A DNA stretch of 63,203 nucleotides from a virus (taxonomy: Duplodnaviria; Caudoviricetes): positions 1-63,203 of IMG/VR virus record IMGVR_UViG_3300036781_000090. One strand, 5' to 3'. Positions 46,885 through 57,557 of this stretch are shown here, piece by piece. Position numbers and translations under genes: made by a program. The notes beneath the pieces were generated by a model. The model worked only from the letters and a program-made list of their open reading frames with translations, was not told the origin of the DNA and made no database searches. How positions within the stretch are numbered: the first letter of the stretch is position 1; each line of letters starts with the position of its first letter.

Positions 46885-47360
46885 TCCCAGCGCTTGAACA
46901 TAATTCGCGCTGCATCGTCCGTCCGTCTGTTGTTGAGGACGTTTACCGTCTTGCCGCAGCCCTACGCCAGAATGACCGTGAGGAAGTTGAGGCTCTTGGT
47001 GTCGATCCGCGTATGGGTATCAGGCGATCTTTTCGGGACGGCACACTGAGGCGAACGTATTTTGTGGATGGTGAAATAGCCGCCATGTCCGGTCTATGTG
47101 GGGCTCTTCTAGGAGACATCGGGGAGCCATACTTGATGACCACGCCAGCGGCAGAAAGAGTGCCAATCACCCTTGTTCGTCAGGCTAAATTTGCCGTTGC
47201 TGACATGATGAGGCATAAACTTAGACTTGAGGGACATGCGGCGGCTCAATACACAGGTGCTTTGAGGCTTCTTGAGGTACTAGGATTTAAGTTGTATCCT
47301 CCCGCGCCGTTTGGCCCTAAAGGGGCTTTATTCGTTAAATATACGATGATGAGAGATTAA
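46881..47360 (+). CDS. T7 gp13-like GNAT-fold protein
   Basis: LR..DR.EV…RLL..LGF; position. Confidence 0.7.
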   Translation: MIPALEHNSRCIVRPSVVEDVYRLAAALRQNDREEVEALGVDPRMGIRRSFRDGTLRRTYFVDGEIAAMSGLCGALLGDIGEPYLMTTPAAERVPITLVRQAKFAVADMMRHKLRLEGHAAAQYTGALRLLEVLGFKLYPPAPFGPKGALFVKYTMMRD

Positions 47361-47361
47361 A

Positions 47362-47928
47362 ATGGGTGTAGCCGCTCTACCATTGGCTATCGGTGCAGGG
47401 GCGGCTGGCTCGATTGTTAGTGCCGCTGGACAGATGGAAGCGGGGGAAGCCTCTGCGGCGGCGAATGCCTATAAGGCTCAGGTAGCCACGAATAACGCAG
47501 AAATAGCCCGTAGAAATGCTATTTCTGATGCTCAGGCTGGCGATACAGCAGCGTTTAATCAAGGTTTGAAAACAAGGGCTAAGGTTGGGGCCGAAAAGGC
47601 TCAACAAGGCGCGTCTGGGATTGACGTAAACACGGGTTCTGCGGCAGACGTTCGGAAGGGTACGCAGCAACTAGGTATGCTTGACGCTCTTACCATCCGG
47701 TCCAACGCTGCTCGTAAGGCTTATGGCGATCTTGTGGAAAGTACCAGCGATACCGCTCAGTCTCAGTTGGATACAATGGCCGGTCAGCAGGCTAGTGAGG
47801 CTGGTGAAATCGGTGCTGTTGGGTCGCTCCTTTCTGGGGCTAGTTCACTTGCTGGAAACTGGGGAAAATACTCGCAGAGCTTCTCGCCGTCTTCTTCAGG
47901 ACGTGAGAGCGATAACGCTATTTACTAG
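47362..47928 (+). CDS. Internal virion (ejection) protein, gp14-like
   Basis: Ala/Gly-rich; GASG.D..TGS. Confidence 0.75.
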   Translation: MGVAALPLAIGAGAAGSIVSAAGQMEAGEASAAANAYKAQVATNNAEIARRNAISDAQAGDTAAFNQGLKTRAKVGAEKAQQGASGIDVNTGSAADVRKGTQQLGMLDALTIRSNAARKAYGDLVESTSDTAQSQLDTMAGQQASEAGEIGAVGSLLSGASSLAGNWGKYSQSFSPSSSGRESDNAIY

Positions 47929-47936
47929 GGCACCCA

Positions 47937-50321
47937 ATGGCCTCCCACGCTATTGATTTTGACTCGGCACCTTCGGTTAACCCGACTGGTGGTTCTACAC
48001 CCGCAATGCGGATCGACGCTAATGCAGATCAGTTCGGTGGCGCTATCGCCCGTTCGCTTGGTAGTGTTGGACAGGGCCTAGAGAAAGCAGGGCAGGTTGG
48101 TTTCGATCTTGTCCAGCAACAGTCCATTTATGACTCTAAAACTCATGCCGCTGAATTGCATTCTTGGCAATCCGATCAGGTAACGGATGCGCAAGAACAG
48201 TTTTTGCAGTTGCGCGGTAAGGCCGCTCTTGAGGCGTTGCCTGATTTTAAAAAGAAAATATACGACATAAATTCACAGACAAGAAGTCAGGCTGGAAACC
48301 AGTTTACTTCGCAAATCGTGGATGCTGAAGGACGCAGGCTTACGGATACCGCTTATGCGGGTGCAGCAAGACATGCCGCTTCCCAGCGTTCTACGTGGGA
48401 AGCCACGACTGCCGCAAACTCCTCCGAAAGTTACGGCGATAGTGCCCACCTTGCGGCGGTTCAGTCTCCTGCTCAGAACGTGGCTGACGATCCTATCGTT
48501 AGCGACCGTCTGTTCAAATCAGATCAAGAGCGCCGAAACTTCTTCTCGTCTCAAGGGTATGATGGTGATGCCCTTGAACAGCAAGTCTCAAAGAATCGCG
48601 GTAAGAACGTCAATCAGATTGTTACGTCTTTAACTTCGGACGGCTCTCAGTCTGGCCTAAAGCGGGCGATTGATTTTTTCCATAACCAATATGACCAAAT
48701 CGATCCAGCAACTCGGGTAACGATTGAGAATAAGTTAAAGACACAATCGGCAAGCTATGACGGACGGACTGCTGCGGATACCTTCATGGGTCGTGCCCAG
48801 AATGTTCCTGCTGGTTATATTAATAGGACGTTCCAGATTGAGTCTGGCGGTAATGCGGCTGCGACTACTGGTAAATATAAAGGTCTGGGACAATTTAGCC
48901 CAGAGATGGAGGCGCGCTACGGTATTAACGATACGAACCGCGCTGACCCCAATGCGCAGTCGCGTGCCCTTTCCTTGGAAAATCAGGACAACCACGACGC
49001 TTTAACCAAGGCATTAGGTCACGAGCCCACTCCCGCAGATTATTATCTTGCCCATCAGCAAGGTATTGGCGGGGCTGTGGCTCATCTTTCCCAGCCTGAC
49101 TTACCGGCATGGAAGAACATGGCGTCTACCCTTGAAGGCCGGAGCAAAGGCGATGGCTGGGCTAAGCAGGCTATCTGGGGGAACCTAACTCCTCAGATGA
49201 AAGAGCAGTTTCCGGGTGGCGTCGATACCGTAACCAGCGGTGACTTTGCGCGAATGTGGGCGCAACGATTTAATAACCAGCCTATTCAGGCAAACGGAAT
49301 TGGCCCTGACGGGAATCCGGTTACAAAGTTCAGTGGTGCTCAGGTTTTAACGACCGAGAGCAAGGCTTCAGTTCTGACGCAAATTCAGAACGATCCCTAT
49401 TTAATAGACCATCCGCAAGCTATGAAAGCGGCGATTGAACACGCCAACAAGGTATTTGAGGCACAGAATGCCACTTATATAGATCAAGAACGGATGATTA
49501 AGGTTCAGAATGAGCAACGCAAAGTAGTCTCAGACGATACGGAAAATACCTACCTGAAAGACATATACAGCCCGCAGCCAAAGGCTAGCGTGACTTCAAT
49601 CGTTAATGATGATCGCCTTTCGCCCGAGGCGAAGAGACGTCTTATAAATATTGCTGGCGATCCTGGTCAAAAGGATTCCAAGACTTACGGCGCTGGCTTT
49701 GAACAAGCCTTTGCTGATATTCATGCGCCTCCGGGAAACCCTGACAGGATCACGGACCCTAATCAGTTGTATAATCGGCTTGGGCGAAACGCTGATCCGG
49801 CGAAGCAATTGACTATGGCTGGCGTTGAAAAGTTGCGTGAGGAAATTGAGCGGAGAAAGTCGCCTGAAGGCACTGCCGAATCTGAAATGAAAAAACAGTT
49901 TCTATCGAATGCCAAGGGGCAGATAAGCGGTTCGAATGAAGGGCTTCATATCAAAGACCCGAAGGGGGACGAACTTTACCTTAAGTTCTTGGCTCAGGCT
50001 TGGCCTTCCTATGATAAAGGCCGGAAGGACGGGAAAAGCCCTGAACAGCTTTTGAACCCTGACAGCGCAGATTATGTTGGTAAAATCATCCCGACATTCA
50101 AGCGCCCCATGAACCAATGGTTTTCGGATGTTATTCAGGATCAGCCGACAGTAGCACCCGGTGCGGGATTTGATGTGAAGTCTATCAAGACCCTTGATGA
50201 TGCGGTGAAAGCCTACCGTGGTGGTAAAATCACGAAACCGCAAGCCGAAGAATTGGCTATTCAAAATGGCTGGGCGCAACGTCGAGCGCAGGCTGCTCCG
50301 CTTATTCCGATGAGCCAATAA
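47937..50321 (+). CDS. Internal virion protein with lytic transglycosylase-like domain
   Basis: IESGGN..A…YKGLGQF…YLAHQQG.GG SLT-type motifs. Confidence 0.75.
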   Translation: MASHAIDFDSAPSVNPTGGSTPAMRIDANADQFGGAIARSLGSVGQGLEKAGQVGFDLVQQQSIYDSKTHAAELHSWQSDQVTDAQEQFLQLRGKAALEALPDFKKKIYDINSQTRSQAGNQFTSQIVDAEGRRLTDTAYAGAARHAASQRSTWEATTAANSSESYGDSAHLAAVQSPAQNVADDPIVSDRLFKSDQERRNFFSSQGYDGDALEQQVSKNRGKNVNQIVTSLTSDGSQSGLKRAIDFFHNQYDQIDPATRVTIENKLKTQSASYDGRTAADTFMGRAQNVPAGYINRTFQIESGGNAAATTGKYKGLGQFSPEMEARYGINDTNRADPNAQSRALSLENQDNHDALTKALGHEPTPADYYLAHQQGIGGAVAHLSQPDLPAWKNMASTLEGRSKGDGWAKQAIWGNLTPQMKEQFPGGVDTVTSGDFARMWAQRFNNQPIQANGIGPDGNPVTKFSGAQVLTTESKASVLTQIQNDPYLIDHPQAMKAAIEHANKVFEAQNATYIDQERMIKVQNEQRKVVSDDTENTYLKDIYSPQPKASVTSIVNDDRLSPEAKRRLINIAGDPGQKDSKTYGAGFEQAFADIHAPPGNPDRITDPNQLYNRLGRNADPAKQLTMAGVEKLREEIERRKSPEGTAESEMKKQFLSNAKGQISGSNEGLHIKDPKGDELYLKFLAQAWPSYDKGRKDGKSPEQLLNPDSADYVGKIIPTFKRPMNQWFSDVIQDQPTVAPGAGFDVKSIKTLDDAVKAYRGGKITKPQAEELAIQNGWAQRRAQAAPLIPMSQ

Positions 50322-53300
50322 TGGCCGATCCGCTTCCCGATGTAGATAGCTTATTTCCGTCTCAAAAACCGGATGTGGATACATTATTTCCGGCTAGCGT
50401 GGAGCGAGAGAGAACCCGCGCGTCTCTCGGTACATCTCCTGTCCAAGACCTTATTTTTGGCAATGCCGATGTAAGTCCTGTGGCTCGTATCATGAACCAT
50501 TTCGGACAAGGTTTTAAGCATGGATGGGGCGCTGAGCCGCTCGGTCTTTCAAATGAAAGTAACGAATACCTAAAGAAGAGCGGGGTGTTTAACGATTACG
50601 TCAGTGGGCACACATCGCTAGTTAAATCTGCGAACGAGGCTCTTATTCGTCCGGCTGCGGCTGGGCTGGATGCAGCTTGGCGTGGGACAATGGGGGCTTT
50701 TTCTGGCGCTCAAGAAGCGGTTGCTGCGACTGGTAAAGACATAGAAGACGCGAGCGGAGAAGGCACAAAGGTTCAGGTCGGAGATTTTACCGCCACGCGC
50801 GCCCCTATAGCTAAACAGATTGGCCTGAGCAGATTAGCTAGAGATGTAGCCGCATTACCTGAAGCTTTCCAAGGCTCTCCACACCCTACGGGTATTCCCG
50901 TAGTAAACTTGGATAAGGCCCGTTCGTTGGGCGTTATTGGTGAAGGCGAAGCTGGTTGGAAAGGCACTAAGGATATAACTCCAGAGCCTTCGGTCATTCC
51001 ACAGGCCGAAGCCGCAAAGGCTGAACGACCGGTAGAGAATACGCCTGTTACTGGCGAACCAGCGCCAACAGTTCCTGAAGTATCTCCGCAAGATGTGCAT
51101 TCGGTTGCTCGCACAATCGATCCTGCGACATTCACAAAATATGATGATTTGCAAAACCGGCAGCAAGTATTCCGGCGCTGGATGAATGAACTTGGCGAAG
51201 AACGAGAGAAACAGGCCGACGCCACCGCCCCCAATCGACAGGAAATTGCAGATACTATTGCAAAGATAAACGATCCAGACACCACCCCGCGTTTGAAGAA
51301 AAAGTATCAAACACGACTGGAGGATATGTCTGAGGAATACAACAAACATATGGACGATGCGCTATCCAAGGATACGCCGGATATGGCGCTTATCCGTAAG
51401 CGTTTGCAAGAAAATGACTATGCAATGCGTGATCTCGCTCCGAGCGTAGGAAAGGCATATCAAGAGGCGCGTACTCGGGTTCCTGAAACTATTCCTGAAC
51501 GCACGGTTGCGGAAGAGACTAGGACGATTGAGCCAGAAGCCACCGCAGAAAATTTCGCCCCTCCTCAGCCTGAACAGGTTACAGCAGAAGCCCCTGCGGA
51601 ACAGGCTAAGCCTGCACTTAAGCCTGTCGCGTCAGATGTTGCTGACAAACTTATCGCCGCTGGTCGCCCCGCCGAAGAAGCGCAAGCCGCCGCTCAGATT
51701 GTTTCAGAATACTGGAAGACTCGGGCCGAACGGTTCAAGGGAACCAAGGGCACCGCAGAAGAAATGTACCATGCCGAGTCGCCGTCTATTGTCGCTGGAA
51801 AGGGCGTAGAGCCTTCAGAAGGGACCAATAATAAACTTGCGGTTCCTGCGTCTTCGGCTGAATCTATTCAAGAAAAGACAGCCCAAACAGCTTGGGATGA
51901 ATTTATTGATGCGAGGCAGGGCAAAATAAGAAATACCCAAATTGCTACTGGGTTTAATGATTTTAGAACTCGCAGCGGAGCATCAAAGTTACGCGGTAGA
52001 TCATCCCAGAATTGGGTAGATGGCAATGTCGTTGATGTCGGATTTGTAAAGAATCTAGTTGTCGCTGGCAAAAACGAGGATGGTTCTTTCCGGCTATTGG
52101 CAAAGCCAAACGATGTTGGGGAAAGCCAACTTTATTCCTTTAAACAGCATGAAGGTCTTAGCAAGGATGGTAAAGTAAATTTTCTTGATTCTGTAAAGAA
52201 CATTGCGCCACAAGTTGAAGAAGAATTAGCTCAAGGTCGTCAAGGACGAATCCGTATTCGAGAGGATGGTCAGAATACCATCACACTCATGAAGAACGCG
52301 GATGCCTCAACCTTCATCCACGAAACCGGCCATGATTGGCTGGAACGTCTCATGAAGGATGGTAGGGATGATCTAGCTCCGACTGATCTCAAGGCGGATG
52401 TTGATGCAGTTAAAAAGTGGCTTGGTGTCACTGAGGATAAAATAAAGACCAGTCAGCACGAAAAATTTGCCCGTGGGTTTGAACGGTATCTCATGGAAGG
52501 AACAGCCCCATCCAAGGGATTGGCCAATGTCTTTGCCCAGTTCAAGGAATGGCTCACCAAGATTTATGAAACGGTAACTCGTTTAAAGTCGCCAATAACT
52601 GACGATATTCGGGATGTTTTCGACCGTCTGCTTTCCAGCAAGCCAGAGAAGACAGTTATCGCTCCAGAGGCAGAGTTGCGTAAGAACTTTGCCGATAAAC
52701 ATGAAGCTTTGGTCGATGCTGCAAAACCAGAGGAAGCACATAGCGCTGCGGAAACCGTACAGGCAGAGCGCGATAGAGCCGCTTTAAAGCTAAGTCCAGA
52801 GGATCAAAATGCCAGACTTGAAGGAATTGCAGAGCAAGCACCACGACGCGAGCCGCGAGGCGAGGAACTTGACAGTGATGGCAATGCGCCCGGACAACAG
52901 CCAGCAGACGGTGGAGTTAATAATGCACCTAGCGAGGTCAGCCCGCGCGGAGGCAAAGCTGAGAAAGAGAGCGCTGGATCACGGGAAGTAGAATCGCCAC
53001 ACGACCCACTTCCGGAACCGGAAACTCGCCTAATTGACAAGGCGGGTAATATCCGTCTGGATAATCTCAATCTACCTGAAGATGTTGCTACCGTATTGAG
53101 AGAGGCGGCGGATCGCAATGAAAATTTCATGGCCGCTCGCCGTGGCGTTATGTCTGACGCCCAAGCATTGGATTTAGCCGATGCTTTGGGTATGGATGCC
53201 TCTAATCTCAATATGCGGAAGATTGGCGAGGCGTTTAATGCAGAGGAAATCCTTGCCGCTCGTAAGTTGTTGATACAGTCGGCGCAGACTGTTCGTGACT

Positions 53301-55300
53301 CGATGGCTAAAGCTGCGTCTGGAACTGATGCAGATGTTATGGCCTATGGTGAGGCCAAATCTCGCCACCAGATGATTCAAGAACAGGTGGCTGGAATTAC
53401 TGCCGAAGCTGGCCGAGCTTTACGGGCATTTCGCTCCTTAGACGGAATGAAAGAAGCTCAAGAGCTAGGGGCTCTCCTTGAGCAATCCACAGGCAAAACT
53501 CTTTACCAGCTTCGCCGCGAAGCACAGCTTGGCATGGAGTTGGATACTCCTCAGAAGATTTCCAAGTTTGTTAACGATAGCAAGAGAGCTACGTTCAAAG
53601 ATATGGTTATGGAGTTCTGGATCAACGCTTTGTTGTCCGGTCCCATGACGCATGTAAAGAACATGATCGGCAACTTTGTTGTTGCTCTTAACAGCGTTGC
53701 AGAGACGGCTGGCGCTGCTGGCGTTGGTAAAATCAGACAAGTCATTGCTGGAGGTGAGGAAGGGGTAACAATTGGAGAGGCCAAGGCGCGGGCCTTTGGC
53801 CTTATGCAGGGCGCTCAGGATGGCATTATAGCTGCTAAAAATGCCTTCAAAAATGAGGAATCATTCACAACTGCTCAGACGATTGAACAGCGTAAGTTTC
53901 AGTCTATCCCGAGCTACAAAGTAAACCTATTTGGTAATGAGGTTGAAATTGGCGGAAAGCAGGTGCGCCTTCCAGGCCGGTTGCTGACGGCAGAAGACGA
54001 GTTTTTTAAGGCCATTGCCTCACGTCAGGAATTGAATGTTATCGCCTATCGAGAGGCGTCAAAGCTTGGTCTAGAGGGTGATGCATTTGCTGCAAAGGTT
54101 GCGGATATAGTTACAAATCCGACCGATGAGCAAATGCTCGCGGCAAAGAAAAATGCTGAGTATCAGACTTTTACTAAGGCTTTAGGGCCCGCTGGTCGAG
54201 CCGCCCAGAATTGGACAAATTCTCACGTTTTTTTCAAGTTCATAGTACCGTTTCTTAGGACGCCTATTAATCTTTTGAAATATGCCGGGGAGCGCTCCCC
54301 TTTCGGTTTACTTTCGGAGAAAGTCAGAGACAACATCTCTGGCAAGAACGGCGTGGTTGCTAAGGACACGCAAATAGCCCGATTGGCTATGGGGACCATG
54401 CTGACGGTGGCTATAGGTAAACTAGTTGCCGAAGGCATGGTTACGGGCGGCGGCCCCTCCGATCCAAAGCAAAGGGCTGCCCTTATGCTGACCGGCTGGC
54501 GACCGTACAGCATAAAGATTGGAGATATGTACCACAGCTATGACTGGGCTGACCCGTTTTCTACTAACATGGGTATTTCGGCTGATTTGATGGAAGCTTA
54601 CAAAGTTGCCGGAGAGGATGATGCGGAACTGAGCAAAATCGGTTCTGGCCTGCTTGCGTCGATTTCCAAGAATATCATGGGGAAAGCCTCTCTTCGCGGC
54701 GCGTCTGACATAATTCAGGCCGTTACAGACCCAGATAGATACGGTCCAAAGTACGTGCAAAATCTTGCTGGAACGGTCGTTCCATCGGTTGTGGCACAGA
54801 CCGCTAGAGCAATGGACCCAGTTCAGCGAGAAACGCGAACAGCCCTTGATTCCATCATTTCTAGGCTTCCATTTCTTCGCGAGAGGCTATTTCCCAAAAG
54901 GGATATCTGGGGTGAACCTATTGTGAGCGAAGGCAGCCTTGGTCCAGATATGATTAGCCCTATTCGCATAAGTACATTTAATAATGATCCGGTAAATAAA
55001 GCTCTTGTAGATTTACGAGTGGGGCCGTCAAAACTTGACCGTAAAATAAGAGGCGTTGATCTGACCGATCAACAGTACGATGACTTTTCTAGGGTGGCTG
55101 GGCGTATGGCAAAAATGCGGCTAAATGCCATCGTTGGTCAGCCCGGATTTGATAACGCTCCAGACAATATTCAGAAAAACTTAATCGAGACGACCATTAA
55201 AACGGCTCGGGAAACTGCTAGAACCATGATTATGATGCAAAACCCTAGCATTGTTAAAGATGCTATGGATGCAAAACTTGAGAAAATCCGGGGGAATTGA
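50321..55300 (+). CDS. Large internal virion / polyvalent protein
   Basis: 1659 aa; ADASTFIHETGH (HExxH)…HEKFARGFE.YL.EG.AP; C-terminal PF.RTP.N…W.PYS region. Confidence 0.8.
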   Translation: MADPLPDVDSLFPSQKPDVDTLFPASVERERTRASLGTSPVQDLIFGNADVSPVARIMNHFGQGFKHGWGAEPLGLSNESNEYLKKSGVFNDYVSGHTSLVKSANEALIRPAAAGLDAAWRGTMGAFSGAQEAVAATGKDIEDASGEGTKVQVGDFTATRAPIAKQIGLSRLARDVAALPEAFQGSPHPTGIPVVNLDKARSLGVIGEGEAGWKGTKDITPEPSVIPQAEAAKAERPVENTPVTGEPAPTVPEVSPQDVHSVARTIDPATFTKYDDLQNRQQVFRRWMNELGEEREKQADATAPNRQEIADTIAKINDPDTTPRLKKKYQTRLEDMSEEYNKHMDDALSKDTPDMALIRKRLQENDYAMRDLAPSVGKAYQEARTRVPETIPERTVAEETRTIEPEATAENFAPPQPEQVTAEAPAEQAKPALKPVASDVADKLIAAGRPAEEAQAAAQIVSEYWKTRAERFKGTKGTAEEMYHAESPSIVAGKGVEPSEGTNNKLAVPASSAESIQEKTAQTAWDEFIDARQGKIRNTQIATGFNDFRTRSGASKLRGRSSQNWVDGNVVDVGFVKNLVVAGKNEDGSFRLLAKPNDVGESQLYSFKQHEGLSKDGKVNFLDSVKNIAPQVEEELAQGRQGRIRIREDGQNTITLMKNADASTFIHETGHDWLERLMKDGRDDLAPTDLKADVDAVKKWLGVTEDKIKTSQHEKFARGFERYLMEGTAPSKGLANVFAQFKEWLTKIYETVTRLKSPITDDIRDVFDRLLSSKPEKTVIAPEAELRKNFADKHEALVDAAKPEEAHSAAETVQAERDRAALKLSPEDQNARLEGIAEQAPRREPRGEELDSDGNAPGQQPADGGVNNAPSEVSPRGGKAEKESAGSREVESPHDPLPEPETRLIDKAGNIRLDNLNLPEDVATVLREAADRNENFMAARRGVMSDAQALDLADALGMDASNLNMRKIGEAFNAEEILAARKLLIQSAQTVRDSMAKAASGTDADVMAYGEAKSRHQMIQEQVAGITAEAGRALRAFRSLDGMKEAQELGALLEQSTGKTLYQLRREAQLGMELDTPQKISKFVNDSKRATFKDMVMEFWINALLSGPMTHVKNMIGNFVVALNSVAETAGAAGVGKIRQVIAGGEEGVTIGEAKARAFGLMQGAQDGIIAAKNAFKNEESFTTAQTIEQRKFQSIPSYKVNLFGNEVEIGGKQVRLPGRLLTAEDEFFKAIASRQELNVIAYREASKLGLEGDAFAAKVADIVTNPTDEQMLAAKKNAEYQTFTKALGPAGRAAQNWTNSHVFFKFIVPFLRTPINLLKYAGERSPFGLLSEKVRDNISGKNGVVAKDTQIARLAMGTMLTVAIGKLVAEGMVTGGGPSDPKQRAALMLTGWRPYSIKIGDMYHSYDWADPFSTNMGISADLMEAYKVAGEDDAELSKIGSGLLASISKNIMGKASLRGASDIIQAVTDPDRYGPKYVQNLAGTVVPSVVAQTARAMDPVQRETRTALDSIISRLPFLRERLFPKRDIWGEPIVSEGSLGPDMISPIRISTFNNDPVNKALVDLRVGPSKLDRKIRGVDLTDQQYDDFSRVAGRMAKMRLNAIVGQPGFDNAPDNIQKNLIETTIKTARETARTMIMMQNPSIVKDAMDAKLEKIRGN

Positions 55301-55507
55301 TGGAGCCAAATCCTCCAAAACAGGCCAAATTTCCCGGACGAGCCAATAAGGCCAAAGACACGGCCACGCTGCGTCGTCCGAACGAAGAACTACATTTAGC
55401 AAAACCTCAGTTGCGTCCTGCCAAGGGTAGTAATTCCGAAAAATCTGAGGTATAGGGAATAAAGCCGCTGCGGCAACGGCGGGGTCATGGCCCAAGCGGG
55501 GTCGTTA

Positions 55508-57190
55508 ATGAAGCGGGTTCTTGGCTGCCTGATTTTGATGATTGCGCTGGCTATGCCTGCGCATGGGACCGTCAATAATTCTGCGAACAAAACTACCGTT
55601 CCGGGCACCAGTATTGCCACTCAGTTCTCGTTCAATTTTATTGGCGTAGCTTCGGCTTATGTCAAAGTTCTGCTCACCGACAGTTCAGGCACCCAGACCT
55701 TACTCACGCAGGGCAACGGGGCCACGCAGTACCAGATTGTTCTGAACCAGCCCGTACAAGGGGCTATTTGGGGCATCGGCGGAACGGTTACTTACAACCC
55801 CTCTGGAACGCCAATTCCGGTTGGCTCAACACTCACCATCTATCGCGTTCTCCCACTTACGCAGGCGATAAACCTTCAAAATCTCTCGTCCATTGCGGTC
55901 TTAGGTAAAGGGTCCGAAACCGGCCTCGATACTGGAGTTATGCAGGGCCAGCAGATCAATGAGCAGATTTCCCGCGCTATCGTTGCGAACATAGCCAACT
56001 CGGCCCCGCCGCTTCCTCTTCCACCTGCGGCACAGATCGCCAATCAGGGAATTTGCGCGGACGGTACAGGGCTTAATCTAGTCGGCTGCGCTGTTCCTTC
56101 GTCTGGCGTTATTTCCACGGCTATGCAGCCCGTGGTGGATGCTGCCACGCTTGCTCTAGGTCGTCAGGCTTTCGGTCTTGGTGATATGGCCACCCACGGG
56201 ATTGGGTCTGGCCTTCAAGACGATGGTGGACTGTGCGGTTCGCCTAGCTGTGTGCGGGTAAATACTTCATCTCCTACGCAGGTTTCATCCAATCAATCTG
56301 TTGATTCGACTTTCAATCTCCAAAATTACATCACGACTGGCCCACTTACTTTCACACTACCGCGCGCCAATACGTTGTGGTCCGGTTTTGGCTTCTACGT
56401 TGCTAATCTTCCAACCGGCGGAACAGACACATTCGCCATTGATTCCAACGATAAATTTGTCGGCCTGTCGTCTGGTGTATCTCTCCAAATACCTACGGGC
56501 GCTACGGTATTTATTTATACCGACGCTGCGACAGCAGGAACTTGGTATGTAATGAATCTCGGCTTCTCGCCAGCCACAAGTTCAGTAACCCAAATTATAA
56601 CTCCTGGAAGCTCTTCATACAGCACGCCAACGAACTCAACAAAGATCGTTATCAAAGGTTGCGCTGGTGCTGGTGGTGGTGGTGGCTCGGGAAATCCTGG
56701 TGTAAGCGGGGGAGCAGGTGGCACCACTATATTTGGAAGTGTCCAGGTAGGCGGTGGCGCTGGCGGCCCCGGAAACACTAGCACTAGTGGTGGCCCTGGA
56801 GGCACGGGTGGAACGGGCGGAACAGGAACAGCGTCTATTCGCCATGCAGGCTCCAATGGCAGCGGCGGCGGCGGCGCTGCTGGACAGCAGGTCGGCAGCG
56901 GCGGCCACGGAGGCTCATCACCATTTGGTGGACAGGGTGGTGGCGGCCAAAACGGAATTGGCGGAACGGCTGGCAAAAGTTGTTCTGGCGGTGGCGGTGC
57001 AGGTTCTTCTGGTGCTGCGCTCGCCGCTGGCGGCGGTGGCGGTTCGGGAGAGTATTTTGAACTTGTCATTTATAACCCTGCTTCCAGTTATTCATACACT
57101 GTTGGATCAGGTGGTTCGGCAGGAACAGGCACTCTTGCTGGCGGGGCTGGCGGTCCAGGCGAGTTAGATATCGAAGCATTCTCTAACTGA
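55508..57190 (+). CDS. Tail fibre protein with signal peptide and Gly-rich C-terminus
   Basis: MKRVLGCLILMIALAMPAHG, then TV…FSFNF…GG.VT…LTIYR..P.TQ podoviral fibre anchor. Confidence 0.8.
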   Translation: MKRVLGCLILMIALAMPAHGTVNNSANKTTVPGTSIATQFSFNFIGVASAYVKVLLTDSSGTQTLLTQGNGATQYQIVLNQPVQGAIWGIGGTVTYNPSGTPIPVGSTLTIYRVLPLTQAINLQNLSSIAVLGKGSETGLDTGVMQGQQINEQISRAIVANIANSAPPLPLPPAAQIANQGICADGTGLNLVGCAVPSSGVISTAMQPVVDAATLALGRQAFGLGDMATHGIGSGLQDDGGLCGSPSCVRVNTSSPTQVSSNQSVDSTFNLQNYITTGPLTFTLPRANTLWSGFGFYVANLPTGGTDTFAIDSNDKFVGLSSGVSLQIPTGATVFIYTDAATAGTWYVMNLGFSPATSSVTQIITPGSSSYSTPTNSTKIVIKGCAGAGGGGGSGNPGVSGGAGGTTIFGSVQVGGGAGGPGNTSTSGGPGGTGGTGGTGTASIRHAGSNGSGGGGAAGQQVGSGGHGGSSPFGGQGGGGQNGIGGTAGKSCSGGGGAGSSGAALAAGGGGGSGEYFELVIYNPASSYSYTVGSGGSAGTGTLAGGAGGPGELDIEAFSN

Positions 57191-57200
57191 GAAAATATTC

Positions 57201-57557
57201 ATGACTAACGCAAATATCGGTGCTCTTCTACTTAACCAACAAAACGCAATATCTCCTCCAATTAATGGAGGTACAGTTGGCGTTTCTCTGGGAACCGGTT
57301 CTACTCAAATTCTTCCGCAAAACACCCAAGTTCAGAAGGTTACATTCCATAATCCAGGCACGGTATCCGTTTATGTGTGTCAAGCAGAGGATGCTAATGG
57401 CAATGCTTTAACTGCCGGGCCAAACCCGGGTAATTTCCAGATTTTCCCCGGGGGCCTTCTGATTTTTACGGGTAACGGCGCAGGCGCAGCCTGGTTAGGG
57501 GCCGCAGCATCAGGAAGCGATAACCCATTCACTATGGCAGTGAGTCAGACACAGTGA
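57201..57557 (+). CDS. Small tail-associated protein
   Basis: Beta-rich; between fibre genes. Confidence 0.6.
   Translation: MTNANIGALLLNQQNAISPPINGGTVGVSLGTGSTQILPQNTQVQKVTFHNPGTVSVYVCQAEDANGNALTAGPNPGNFQIFPGGLLIFTGNGAGAAWLGAAASGSDNPFTMAVSQTQ

Noticed and set aside
56515-57167. Pro-rich and Ala-rich alternative-frame ORFs
   Set aside because: By-products of the Gly-rich fibre coding sequence.
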